A stretch of DNA of 64,000 bases from a virus. The stretch lies in IMG/VR virus record IMGVR_UViG_3300017977_000066, positions 32,001 through 96,000 of that record; one strand, given 5' to 3'. Below, one piece after another: positions 48,911-58,700 of this stretch (the first letter of the stretch is position 1; each line of letters opens with the position of its first letter). The notes beneath the pieces are model-generated. The model ran no database searches. It had not been told where the DNA came from and was given only the letters and a program-made list of their open reading frames with translations. Made by a program: the position numbers and the translations under genes.

Positions 48911-51292
48911 ATGCAAAAATCAATAAGTGAACCTAATATGTTCAAGTCTGTTAAGAGAGATCTAGTTACTAAAGCTATAAAATCTGCTAAGAGTAGAGAT
49001 AATAATTTAGACAATAATGTAATAAATAAATATACTGGTTATGCTAATGGTATGGATGAACTCATAGAGAATGTATTAGAGCTATTCCCAGATATAAGTT
49101 TAGCTATAGAGACTATGACTTCATTAGTAGCATCTCCTAATGATATGGATGACCCTAGCTTAACATATAGGCTAGACAACTCTTATCTACCTAGCGATGT
49201 TAAGAATGTTATACTTAACACTATAAGCAAGTATGTAGAGACTGAATATGATATCGTTAGCAAACTAGATGACATCATAACTGAAACAATGTATACTAAA
49301 GGCTCGTATATAGAACTCAACATCCCTCCTAAAAATATAGTAGATATACTAAGCATGATCGACAAGAACCCTAAAGCCGGTGTTGAATCGGCATTTAAGT
49401 CAAGTGCATTCTTAGACTTAGGTATATCTAAAGATGTTGTGGATACAAGATTTAACTTAGAAGTAACTGATAACCATAGCTGCTTATTTACTAGCATGAT
49501 GAATGAGACTAAAGTAAGCTCCATGGTATCATCTGGCCTATATAAAAAAGATGCCAATTTATCAGCTGGTATAGAGAGTTTAAAACTAACTGGACTTAAT
49601 ACAGCAGTTATGGATGCTGGTAACATAGACGGAGATAAGCCTATAGTTAAGAAGATACCTTCTAGTTCTGTTATCCCTATCTCTAGTAAAGATGATAACA
49701 CTAGACACTATGGTTATTTCATAGCTCTAGATGGCGATGGTAAAAGTATCAGTAACTCTAATACTAAATACAGTTTTGATGGTGCTAATGCCTTATTAGA
49801 AGACATCAAGAAGAATGTTAAAGGTGCTAAAGAGAAAGTTCCTGAGCTTAAGAATATGGAAGACATAAAAGAACTTATGTTAGTTCAGAATCTTAAAAAA
49901 TATCTTAATGATTCTATCTATAAAGACTTAGTTTCACTAGACATAGACATAGATGATGATGTTATGTATAACATAGCTACATATGCTCTTAATAAAACAC
50001 CTATTAAGATTATATTTGTACCTAGGGAACTAGTTAGCTACTATGCCATCAACTTCAGAAGTAATGGTACTGGAGAAGCTCTTCTAGAGCGTATCACCAA
50101 CCTAGCTTCTATAAGAGGGATCATACTCTACACTAACTTACTATCTTATATAAAAAGTTCTGTTACTAATACAGAAGTAAAAGTAGATCTAGATCCAGAA
50201 GATCCTAACTTCATCAAAACCTCAGAACAGATCATGGGACAGGTTATGAAAAACCGACAAGTAGAACTTCCTATAGGTATGATGAGAGCAGAAGACTTCG
50301 TAGACTGGACTAGAAAACTTGGTATCTCTTTTAATTTCAAACATCCAGGCTTACCAGATGTTAATATAGATATAAATGAAACTAATACTGAGATAACTCC
50401 TATAGAATCTGATCTTAAAGATACTATAGATAAACAGATAGTTACAGCACTCATGTTACCTCCTGAGATACTAGATGATAACTTCTCTCCTGAGTTCGCA
50501 ACTACCATCATAGCTAATAATAAGCTACTAGCTAAGAGGGTTAAGAAGACACAACGGAAGTTAAATGTTCTTATAACAGAAGATATCAAGAAGAAGCTAT
50601 TGTTAGATGGTAGGCTTAAGAGTGTTATAAGCGATATAATAGTATCTAATAAAGTTAAGATAAAACATAACCTTAAGAAGCTAGATCCTAACATAAATAA
50701 AAATATAGTATCTAAAGTAACTGATGATGTATTAGTAGAGTATGTTTTCACTAACCTATTCAAGAACTTTAGGGTATCATTACCTAAGCCAGAAGTAACT
50801 GATGATTCTAATGTTAATGATATGTTCTCTAATTATACCGATACACTAGATGATGTTATAGATAAGATATTTAGTTCAGACCTATTGAGTAGTGACCTTA
50901 TAGGTGACTTAAGTGATAACCTAGATGTAGCTAAAGATGCTATAAAAGTTACACTCATGAAACGATTCATAGATGAGAACAACATCTTACCAGACCTTAC
51001 TAAGATGCTTAGCCTTAATGAGGATAACGTACCTAACGAGGATCTCTTAACAGAATTCAATACTTATGTAGAAACCGTTAGTAAAACATTATTACCTTTC
51101 ATTAAGGAAAATAATAAGATACGAGATAAGACTGATGATAAGTTAGAGAAAATAGATGAAGAAGATAATAATGATGATAATGATGATAGTGACACAGGCG
51201 ATACTACTGATGACACTAATGACGATGGTACTACCGAGCCTAATGAGGATGAGGGTGAAGAAGAGCCAGATGAAAAAGAACCGACTGAATAG
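48911..51292 (+). CDS. Portal protein (phiKZ gp129-like)
   Basis: LFPDI.LA, H.GYFI.LD.DG, Y.A..F..NGTG..LL, PEFATT, acidic tail. Confidence 0.8.
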   Translation: MQKSISEPNMFKSVKRDLVTKAIKSAKSRDNNLDNNVINKYTGYANGMDELIENVLELFPDISLAIETMTSLVASPNDMDDPSLTYRLDNSYLPSDVKNVILNTISKYVETEYDIVSKLDDIITETMYTKGSYIELNIPPKNIVDILSMIDKNPKAGVESAFKSSAFLDLGISKDVVDTRFNLEVTDNHSCLFTSMMNETKVSSMVSSGLYKKDANLSAGIESLKLTGLNTAVMDAGNIDGDKPIVKKIPSSSVIPISSKDDNTRHYGYFIALDGDGKSISNSNTKYSFDGANALLEDIKKNVKGAKEKVPELKNMEDIKELMLVQNLKKYLNDSIYKDLVSLDIDIDDDVMYNIATYALNKTPIKIIFVPRELVSYYAINFRSNGTGEALLERITNLASIRGIILYTNLLSYIKSSVTNTEVKVDLDPEDPNFIKTSEQIMGQVMKNRQVELPIGMMRAEDFVDWTRKLGISFNFKHPGLPDVNIDINETNTEITPIESDLKDTIDKQIVTALMLPPEILDDNFSPEFATTIIANNKLLAKRVKKTQRKLNVLITEDIKKKLLLDGRLKSVISDIIVSNKVKIKHNLKKLDPNINKNIVSKVTDDVLVEYVFTNLFKNFRVSLPKPEVTDDSNVNDMFSNYTDTLDDVIDKIFSSDLLSSDLIGDLSDNLDVAKDAIKVTLMKRFIDENNILPDLTKMLSLNEDNVPNEDLLTEFNTYVETVSKTLLPFIKENNKIRDKTDDKLEKIDEEDNNDDNDDSDTGDTTDDTNDDGTTEPNEDEGEEEPDEKEPTE

Positions 51293-51297
51293 TGTAA

Positions 51298-51329
51298 ATA
51301 GATAAGATAGTTTATGCTATCTTATCTAT
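51298..51329 (+). terminator. Terminator hairpin after portal
   Basis: ATAGATAAGATAG/CTATCTTATCTAT. Confidence 0.65.
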
Positions 51330-51350
51330 CATCCATACTTTTTATAACCT

Positions 51351-51391
51351 TATATTACTTACATGAGCCTAGAGTTATCATACTTTAGCTT
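51351..51391 (+). promoter_or_regulatory. Early promoter plus leader hairpin
   Basis: TATATTACTTACATG AGCCTAGAGT...ACTTTAGCTT. Confidence 0.75.
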
Positions 51392-51415
51392 TAATAAAAA
51401 AAACAGGAGTAGTAA

Positions 51416-51952
51416 ATGTTACAACCTTTAAAATACGATCAGGTTACTGGACAACCAGTTGTCTTTAGAGATGACCAGACTGGCAGGCTCTATATGTTGG
51501 ATCAAATGGGTAACCCATATGAGATAGACCGTAATGGTAACCCAATGCAGCAGCAACAACAACAAATGCAGATTAACCAGGGATATGGTCATCTGCAACA
51601 AAGACAACAACCAAATATACCGCGTTATAACAATGGCGGCTACAACCAGAACCAAAGTGCTGGTATGGTAGGTTTAGGTAATAGTATACCGCGTACTGAC
51701 ACAAGTGATTTAGTAGGAACTAACTCTCCAGCTTCTTATAGAGGTAGAGAACAAGTTAAAGAACCGGAGACGGTTTTTAACCAACCAGCTAAAGAGCGAC
51801 CTAAGGTAGATGAAAGTAAGAGTCTCATCAACTATGAACCAGAGCCAGGTTCTGAATTAGAACCGCTCATAGATACCAGTGTTAAACACATAGATGTAAT
51901 CGTCAATGATGATGCTAGAACATATAAAATCTTAACAGTTAACAAAGGATAG
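51416..51952 (+). CDS. Gln/Asn/Gly-rich low-complexity early protein
   Basis: MQQQQQQMQ tract; early promoter at 51351. Confidence 0.75.
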   Translation: MLQPLKYDQVTGQPVVFRDDQTGRLYMLDQMGNPYEIDRNGNPMQQQQQQMQINQGYGHLQQRQQPNIPRYNNGGYNQNQSAGMVGLGNSIPRTDTSDLVGTNSPASYRGREQVKEPETVFNQPAKERPKVDESKSLINYEPEPGSELEPLIDTSVKHIDVIVNDDARTYKILTVNKG

Positions 51953-51954
51953 TC

Positions 51955-52761
51955 ATGGAAAATTTAGATATTAACGAGGAACCTTTTGAAGTTATAGAAT
52001 CGCCTTTAGAAGTTAACAGTCTTACGGATGCCCGTATTATAGCTAAGTCGTCTTATATCATAGACAACAGAAGTATTATACAGAATGTTATCGTCAAGAA
52101 TGTCAACATGGTAGAGAGAGGTGATCTTCATATAGACCGGATTAGAATTTCTGAGATATTAGTAGGAGATAGAAATCTTCGTAAGCTAAAGACATCTACT
52201 CGTATGGATGTATTCAAGTTCTTTAACATGGAGCTAACTAACTTCATTAATAGGAAGCTTAGGAATACTGTTAGTGATAAAGCTATCAAGCATGGTGTCT
52301 TAAAAAGTAACCCTCCAGGGTTCGATGACTATAGCGATCAGTATGACGATATAGCTAAGATGGCTGTATCTAAATCTAACTATATAGAAAAGAGTATAGC
52401 AAGTTTTGATACTCGTCTATTAACAGCTGGTGATGCTGTTGCTTATGATGAGATACCAGATGGTGTGTTAGCTTTAGAGTCTGGTACTGATATAGACTTC
52501 ATGTACACAGAGTTCATTAACCTGCCAGATCATAACAATGTTACTAAAACAAAGTCTGTGTTAGTAGGTAAAGAGTTAGCCATCAATAACGATGTCGTTA
52601 TCACTACTAGGCCTAATAGTAATAATACATATCATGTAGTAACTAAAGAGCTAGTTGTGGCTACTAATGACACATTCTACATCATAGATAGAACAGTTAA
52701 TGATAATCTAACATTAAGGGAGCTGGACATATTAGAGTTCAATCTCTTAATGATAAAATAA
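51955..52761 (+). CDS. Hypothetical protein
   Basis: RBS, co-transcribed. Confidence 0.75.
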   Translation: MENLDINEEPFEVIESPLEVNSLTDARIIAKSSYIIDNRSIIQNVIVKNVNMVERGDLHIDRIRISEILVGDRNLRKLKTSTRMDVFKFFNMELTNFINRKLRNTVSDKAIKHGVLKSNPPGFDDYSDQYDDIAKMAVSKSNYIEKSIASFDTRLLTAGDAVAYDEIPDGVLALESGTDIDFMYTEFINLPDHNNVTKTKSVLVGKELAINNDVVITTRPNSNNTYHVVTKELVVATNDTFYIIDRTVNDNLTLRELDILEFNLLMIK

Positions 52762-52763
52762 CA

Positions 52764-52795
52764 TATATACATATGGAATGTTCCATATGTATATA
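52764..52795. terminator. Bidirectional terminator
   Basis: 15-bp stem between convergent genes. Confidence 0.75.
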
Positions 52796-52807
52796 CATTT
52801 CTTTTTT

Positions 52808-53317
52808 TTAGTCTATGATAGGATAGTCTGGCAATGTTAATGGTGTGCCATCTTTCTTAGAAACCATCAATGCCTGCTTACAATCTATGACCCAGTTAAG
52901 TCTTATACCGCATTTAACCAGCTGGCCTACTTGTTCTCTAGTAGCTTCTGACTCATTAAGCATTATATCTGAATACTTAGTACCAGTATAAACAAAACTT
53001 TGTATATAACCTACTACAGTTTTATCAAGATCTACATAACCCTGAGCTTTTAAGATAGGCTCCCAAAAAGATTTATCAGTGTTATCACTATTTTGTTTTG
53101 CTAATGGATAGTTAGTTAATATCCACTCTTGGCAAGCTATATCTTTAAGATAGTTATCATATATAACTTTTATCTCATCATAGGCTGCTTGTATGTCACC
53201 ATCAGTAGGCATGCTTCTAGTATCGTTCCATACTATAGTATCTCCGTTTAGAACAGAGAAGTCAGCATCATACATGATATGTTTTATGGATTCTATTTTT
53301 TGATAAATTTCCATCAT
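52808..53317 (-). CDS. Probable tail fibre assembly/chaperone-like protein
   Basis: W.D....PT...I and YP..KQ motifs; downstream of lectin-like gene. Confidence 0.5.
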   Translation of the reverse strand: MMEIYQKIESIKHIMYDADFSVLNGDTIVWNDTRSMPTDGDIQAAYDEIKVIYDNYLKDIACQEWILTNYPLAKQNSDNTDKSFWEPILKAQGYVDLDKTVVGYIQSFVYTGTKYSDIMLNESEATREQVGQLVKCGIRLNWVIDCKQALMVSKKDGTPLTLPDYPIID

Positions 53318-53323
53318 AACTCC

Positions 53324-53941
53324 TTATTTAACACGTTTAACACAAAGGTATGTTGTATAGCTATATGCAGCACGACCATCATTGTACCATATAACATTAC
53401 CATCATTATCATAACTTATACCTAGATAGGCATTAGCTTTATAATCACCATTAGGTTCAGTTACGGTAGCTAGATCACTAGCCCACCAAACTTTATTACC
53501 ATCTTTAACCTTCCAACCTTTCTTACCCATATGTTTACTATTTAGAGGAGTACTACTACACCAACCATTAGCTATATAATTAGTAGGACCACCAGGACCG
53601 TCATCTGGGTAATAGATGCCCAACGGACCCATAGCCTTAGGTTTTTTATTAGCTATGAGATATTTTCTAGCATGGTCATACTCATTGCGATCATGTGGAC
53701 AGAATAACTCATAACCGTCATCTATCAGACTTTGATTTATATCATCAGTACTATATCTTAATCTACTACCATTCTCAACAAGTTTGAACTCTGTTATGGT
53801 ACCAGATGCTAATACAGCATTCTTCTCATCTATAGTAGTAGATACTACATTCGGTAATTTATTTAAAACATTATCATATTTCTCTAATAGAGCAGATGTT
53901 TTATTATTAAGATCACTTATGGTTTCAAAAATATCGGCCAT
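53324..53941 (-). CDS. Probable fibre protein with C-type-lectin-like domain
   Basis: Coiled N-terminus; EPNGDY, WYND and YLC at C-terminus. Confidence 0.55.
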   Translation of the reverse strand: MADIFETISDLNNKTSALLEKYDNVLNKLPNVVSTTIDEKNAVLASGTITEFKLVENGSRLRYSTDDINQSLIDDGYELFCPHDRNEYDHARKYLIANKKPKAMGPLGIYYPDDGPGGPTNYIANGWCSSTPLNSKHMGKKGWKVKDGNKVWWASDLATVTEPNGDYKANAYLGISYDNDGNVIWYNDGRAAYSYTTYLCVKRVK

Positions 53942-54431
53942 TATTTTTTCCTTTTATCTTTCTTTGTCTTTTCATGTAGTCAGTATCTTCCATGAACTGT
54001 ACCCTATCAGACATATCCATGATAACACTCTCTAATGTAGTAACCCTGTTCATTAAGCTAAGTATGGTAGATAATATAGGCGACTCATCACTATCCAATT
54101 TATAAACACTGAATGTATTATTACCTATATATGTAGCTATGTAAACATTATTTATATCTAAGAAGTAGTTAGCAAACACACACTCAAATACCTTATTACG
54201 AATATTTAAATAATACTTGTTATCACTGCTCTCTATATACTTGTCTACAGTGAACATAAACGTACCATTTATCTTAATGACATCATCTATGTTTTTATAT
54301 ATAATGGTACCAGCTTTAGCCATGATATTACTACCAGTAGTATTTACAAGGTCACTTATTACATTACCTTCATTTATACCTCTCTTAGTAACAGAACTCA
54401 TGCCTGCTAAGTTATAACTTATCTTACTCAT
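53925..54431 (-). CDS. Hypothetical protein, probably structural
   Basis: ORF in late operon. Confidence 0.6.
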   Translation of the reverse strand: MSKISYNLAGMSSVTKRGINEGNVISDLVNTTGSNIMAKAGTIIYKNIDDVIKINGTFMFTVDKYIESSDNKYYLNIRNKVFECVFANYFLDINNVYIATYIGNNTFSVYKLDSDESPILSTILSLMNRVTTLESVIMDMSDRVQFMEDTDYMKRQRKIKGKNNGRYF

Positions 54432-54440
54432 AGCATAGCC

Positions 54441-55241
54441 TTATACATTAGGATTAATCATAGCTTTTATAAATCTACTATAATTAACATTATCGTTCAT
54501 AAAACTTATTTTAGCCCATTTCTCTTTTAGATAGGTTTTATAATCGTTATACGCATCTGCATAATCAGATACTATGTCTCCTACCTTACTAATATCATGC
54601 CCATAATATAAAGCTCCTTTATCTAGCTCTATAACTAGCTCATTATAGATATAGGATTTAGTAGCTAATGTAACTAGTTCACTGAAACTAGGATATGATG
54701 GAGGTTGTATGTTACTAAGATTCTTATTATTCTCTACTATAACATTAAGATACCCATTAGTGAGTATTAATGCATTATCATGTAGTAGTATAGTATTGGG
54801 ACCTATAATCTCTAAGTTAGTATATACCTGAGACTCTGTATTCTTACCATCATTCTGATACTTGTTAAGAGCAAGCTTATTAAGCTCACCAGATGTACTA
54901 TTATACCTAGATTCTATACCAGTGTTACATACCACACTTAGAGCATTTATAATACGTTTATTATTAGTGATAGTATATGGAACATTGATAACTATATTAA
55001 TATTAGTATAGTTTAATTCATAGTGGGTGATACTACAGTTATTAAGAGGTACTGATAGTGACATACCTCCTATTAAATTAATATCGGTAAGTACTATAGG
55101 CTCTAAGACCTTGTTCTCTATTTGTTGGCTGATATTAGTGTTTACTTTAAACACATCAGCTTTCCTCATGAACGCTAAATTTAAAACATACATAGGGATC
55201 TCTAAGAGAACCCTATCTATGGCATATTTTATGGCAGACAT
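54441..55241 (-). CDS. Conserved phiKZ-like virion protein
   Basis: AIKYAI...IP, LA.K.YIYN...LD.G.L..G, W.K...MND. Confidence 0.6.
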   Translation of the reverse strand: MSAIKYAIDRVLLEIPMYVLNLAFMRKADVFKVNTNISQQIENKVLEPIVLTDINLIGGMSLSVPLNNCSITHYELNYTNINIVINVPYTITNNKRIINALSVVCNTGIESRYNSTSGELNKLALNKYQNDGKNTESQVYTNLEIIGPNTILLHDNALILTNGYLNVIVENNKNLSNIQPPSYPSFSELVTLATKSYIYNELVIELDKGALYYGHDISKVGDIVSDYADAYNDYKTYLKEKWAKISFMNDNVNYSRFIKAMINPNV

Positions 55242-55250
55242 ATCGTATCC

Positions 55251-55493
55251 TTAAGCAAGTGGTACCAAGACTTTTCTTTTTACGATAGCCTCTAGTATAC
55301 CTTCTCGTTCTATAACATCTCTGCTAAAACTCATATTCATAACATTAGTATTTAGACGCTCTGGTATAAATATACCTGATAAAAGAAATATCTCTTTTAA
55401 ACTGTTATTAAATCCAATAGAATCACCTAGTTTTCCTAGATTACCAGAAGAACTTAAACCGCCCATAAACACCTTTACTGGAGAATCACTCAT
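55251..55493 (-). CDS. Hypothetical protein
   Basis: ORF in operon. Confidence 0.6.
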   Translation of the reverse strand: MSDSPVKVFMGGLSSSGNLGKLGDSIGFNNSLKEIFLLSGIFIPERLNTNVMNMSFSRDVIEREGILEAIVKRKVLVPLA

Positions 55494-56533
55494 ATATCAT
55501 CCTTTAACTTTTTGGTTTTTTCATTAAGTATATATCTAACATTAAGATTAGGTACATCAAAATATCGTTTTCTTTTAGCTAACCCTAACCATATCTTAAG
55601 TTCGTTAATGAGATCATGGTTCATCCTAGCATCTCCTATCCCTAATAGAAAGCTAAAATAACTAACTCTAGATAATAGTAATAACCATGAGCCTTTAACA
55701 CCTGTATAAACATTAGGTATCTTATAAGTATCTAACATGTTACCATTAAGTAGATCTGGTAATATACTTAGTAGTTCTTGATAGTCTATCTTCTTATTCT
55801 TGTTGATTTCATCTATGTACCAAGATTGTATACTAGTCACTAACTTACTTATATCCTTAACAAAGAAAGGATTAAAGTTAACGAAGCTAGATAACTCCTT
55901 ACCCTCATAGATAGCATTATACCTATTAAACATACTATGCCTAAATATGTCTGGTATAAGGTTAGTGATAACCTCTTCATATATAAACTTAGCTGGATCT
56001 ATACTAAAGGTATCTGGATGCTCTTTCATATTCCTATTAGCCCATCTATGATAATCTCTTACTAGGTTAACTATATTTATAGCATAGGTATTAAAATCAT
56101 CAGCATCAAATTCTACATTGTATCTCTTAGGATGTGTTAAGAATAGCATGTCCATAGTACTATATATGCAAGTACAAGTAGTGTCTTTATCTTCTGTTAT
56201 AATAAAGAACTCATCCATATTATCAAATACTGTATCTCTAAAAGGCTTACTATTAAAATCTATACCAGTATTGAAGCCTAATGTATTAGCTAGCCTCATG
56301 TACTTCTCTTGTGCAGAGAACATGGCTGAGCTTTCAGTATCATGTATATTTATCTCTAACGACTCTAGTAATGTAACTAGTATATTAGGTCTTCTAACAT
56401 AGAAGCCACTCTGCTTATAATAGTTATCTAGAACACTGATAAGATTCTCTATGAGACTTGTAGCATAGTTTAACTTATAATGTTTTATCTTACCTACCCT
56501 AACTTCATAATCTTGTGTTAACATTCCTATCAT
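55490..56533 (-). CDS. Conserved phiKZ-like protein, probably virion
   Basis: 347 aa; late motif upstream. Confidence 0.55.
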   Translation of the reverse strand: MIGMLTQDYEVRVGKIKHYKLNYATSLIENLISVLDNYYKQSGFYVRRPNILVTLLESLEINIHDTESSAMFSAQEKYMRLANTLGFNTGIDFNSKPFRDTVFDNMDEFFIITEDKDTTCTCIYSTMDMLFLTHPKRYNVEFDADDFNTYAINIVNLVRDYHRWANRNMKEHPDTFSIDPAKFIYEEVITNLIPDIFRHSMFNRYNAIYEGKELSSFVNFNPFFVKDISKLVTSIQSWYIDEINKNKKIDYQELLSILPDLLNGNMLDTYKIPNVYTGVKGSWLLLLSRVSYFSFLLGIGDARMNHDLINELKIWLGLAKRKRYFDVPNLNVRYILNEKTKKLKDDI

Positions 56534-56733
56534 AGTTACTTCCTTATGTTATTTTTCAAAGAAATATTGGTATGTCTAAAAGATAGATAAAAATAAATAT
56601 TTTTATTTGTACATTATATATACTGAATAAAAACAAAAAAGAAGTTTTGCTTAGGCGAAGCTTTTAGTAATGTAGGGAAAACCTTATTTTACTAGATGGT
56701 GGTAATTTGTGTGTTTCATATATTTTTTACACC

Positions 56734-56760
56734 TATATTACTTACATGAGCCTAGAGCTT
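56734..56760 (+). promoter_or_regulatory. Early promoter of chmA
   Basis: TATATTACTTACATGAGCCTAGAGCTT. Confidence 0.8.
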
Positions 56761-56791
56761 AAATTAATTTAAACCCTATAAGGAGTCTGGA

Positions 56792-58600
56792 ATGAGACGA
56801 GGAATAACAATAGACGACAATGTTAATAACACGGGTCTTGATGACCTGCTAAACAATGAAGAAGTAGGTAACACAAGTACCGGTACTGCTGATGATGGCC
56901 AACTGCAAGTAGTAGGTCTATCTGGTATGGATTCGTTAATGCTTGAAGATAGTGACCAAGAGTCACTTGGTAAATATGCAGTAAAATCTGCAGAGATACT
57001 AAAAGAGGGATACTTAGATATCCGTGTTATGAAGATGGATAAAGAGAAGTTCGGTCTTGGATTTAGCTTCGTACTTTATAGTACTAAAGACAATGCTGGT
57101 AAAGTATACTACTTCTTAGCTCTTTTAGAGAAAACAGGTAGACAACCATTAGAAGTAAAACAAATCGTAAATGAGTTAAATGTTAAGAACAACACATCTA
57201 TCTTAGTTACAAGTGATGCTTTTGATGATACTGTTTATGCTATTGCTGAGACTATGCTTAAGAAAGCATATAAAGATATTACATCTCTTAGAAACCTAGA
57301 GGGTGTTGTTATCCCTAGTAGTTCAGATGTAGAAGCTACTGCTGAAGTTATGAGTAGATATGTTCATAACCGTATGGTAGTTGAAAGTGAGATCACTTCT
57401 GGTAAATCAGCAGACCTTAACTTTAAAGCATTGAGGGCTATTGGTAGAAATAGCAATACTAACTTAGACATTGCTTTCAATACTGGTTTAACTATTAATA
57501 CTGCAGGTAGATCTATTAGATCGGATTTCAATATCGAATCTAATATCGCATCTAATAGTTATGTTAGAAGTATGCATGATATCTCTGGTAAGAAGCGTAT
57601 CGCTACCGTATCTGGATACCTAGAGTATTTAGTATCTGATAAAGTTAATGAGTATACGATGCAGTCCACTAAAGTTGCAACACCTATCCTTATCTTAAAC
57701 GAGTTCATGGGTAAAGCTAGTTCACTTAATTATGTATTAACTTCTATTGTTAACTCTACTATCTTTAGTAGCAGACCTATCCTTAGAAACTTAATCGTAG
57801 AGAAAGATGCTGGCCCATTAAATGTACTATTTAACTATGGTGGTGATGCTTCTAAGCCTGGTGACAAACTAAGCTTCAAAGATGAAAAAGCTAAGCCTGA
57901 GATAGTTAATGATATCATCAGACAACATGTTACATCTACACCTATCGTTGCTATCGAGGTAGAGTTATTCGGTTCTGACTATTCACACATGGCTCCATTC
58001 GTAGCATTAGCAAGTGATGAAACTCGTATGGCTGCTACTGAAGACATCTTAAAAGGTGCTAGTGAGTTGGTTGGTTCTAAAATGGAAACATCAAGTGTTC
58101 TGGGTGATGAGTCTTCACTAGTTCCTATCGGAGAGTATCTAGATGCTGATGGTAATGTTAGAGATCTTCGTGAAATCGACTTAGCGTTCATCTGTACTTA
58201 TAGTAACGATCAAGCACTTATCTTTGATTGGATCTACTCTACTTTAACTCCTGCTATGTGTAGAAGTATAACTAGTAAAGATCCGTATCTACTTAAACTA
58301 GAAGTGATTAACAAACTTGCAAGTATGTTAAACTTCAAACCTGTTATCACTGGTAAAGCTGTTCGTATCCCGCTAAGTGGGATGTTCGTAGAAGAGTTAA
58401 CTCGTAAAGCTATGCAAGCAGGATATAACCCAGCTCCAACGAATGATGCTATCGGTTACAATGATTTCAATAATCTACAAATCGTAAGCCAAGCATACAA
58501 TGGTTCTACATTAGCTAATACTGGATTTGGTATGGGTAACTCATATTCAAATGGTAGAAGCCAAATGCCTGGTGTATATACTGGTTATCAACGCCGCTAA
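56792..58600 (+). CDS. chmA: Chimallin, phage nuclear shell protein
   Basis: 602 aa with motifs I recognise from ChmA in order: GRSIRSDF, TVSGYLE, VAIEVE..G, VPIGEY.D.DG..RDLREID, ITGKAVR, A.QAG; early promoter; PhuZ in same window. Confidence 0.88.
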   Translation: MRRGITIDDNVNNTGLDDLLNNEEVGNTSTGTADDGQLQVVGLSGMDSLMLEDSDQESLGKYAVKSAEILKEGYLDIRVMKMDKEKFGLGFSFVLYSTKDNAGKVYYFLALLEKTGRQPLEVKQIVNELNVKNNTSILVTSDAFDDTVYAIAETMLKKAYKDITSLRNLEGVVIPSSSDVEATAEVMSRYVHNRMVVESEITSGKSADLNFKALRAIGRNSNTNLDIAFNTGLTINTAGRSIRSDFNIESNIASNSYVRSMHDISGKKRIATVSGYLEYLVSDKVNEYTMQSTKVATPILILNEFMGKASSLNYVLTSIVNSTIFSSRPILRNLIVEKDAGPLNVLFNYGGDASKPGDKLSFKDEKAKPEIVNDIIRQHVTSTPIVAIEVELFGSDYSHMAPFVALASDETRMAATEDILKGASELVGSKMETSSVLGDESSLVPIGEYLDADGNVRDLREIDLAFICTYSNDQALIFDWIYSTLTPAMCRSITSKDPYLLKLEVINKLASMLNFKPVITGKAVRIPLSGMFVEELTRKAMQAGYNPAPTNDAIGYNDFNNLQIVSQAYNGSTLANTGFGMGNSYSNGRSQMPGVYTGYQRR

Positions 58601-58700
58601 CAAATACTTAAGAGGGATGGTCATAACGACCGCTCTCTTATTTTTTTATTGTTTTACTACTGTTAAGGATATTTTGAAAAATACATATAAAGGAATGGTT

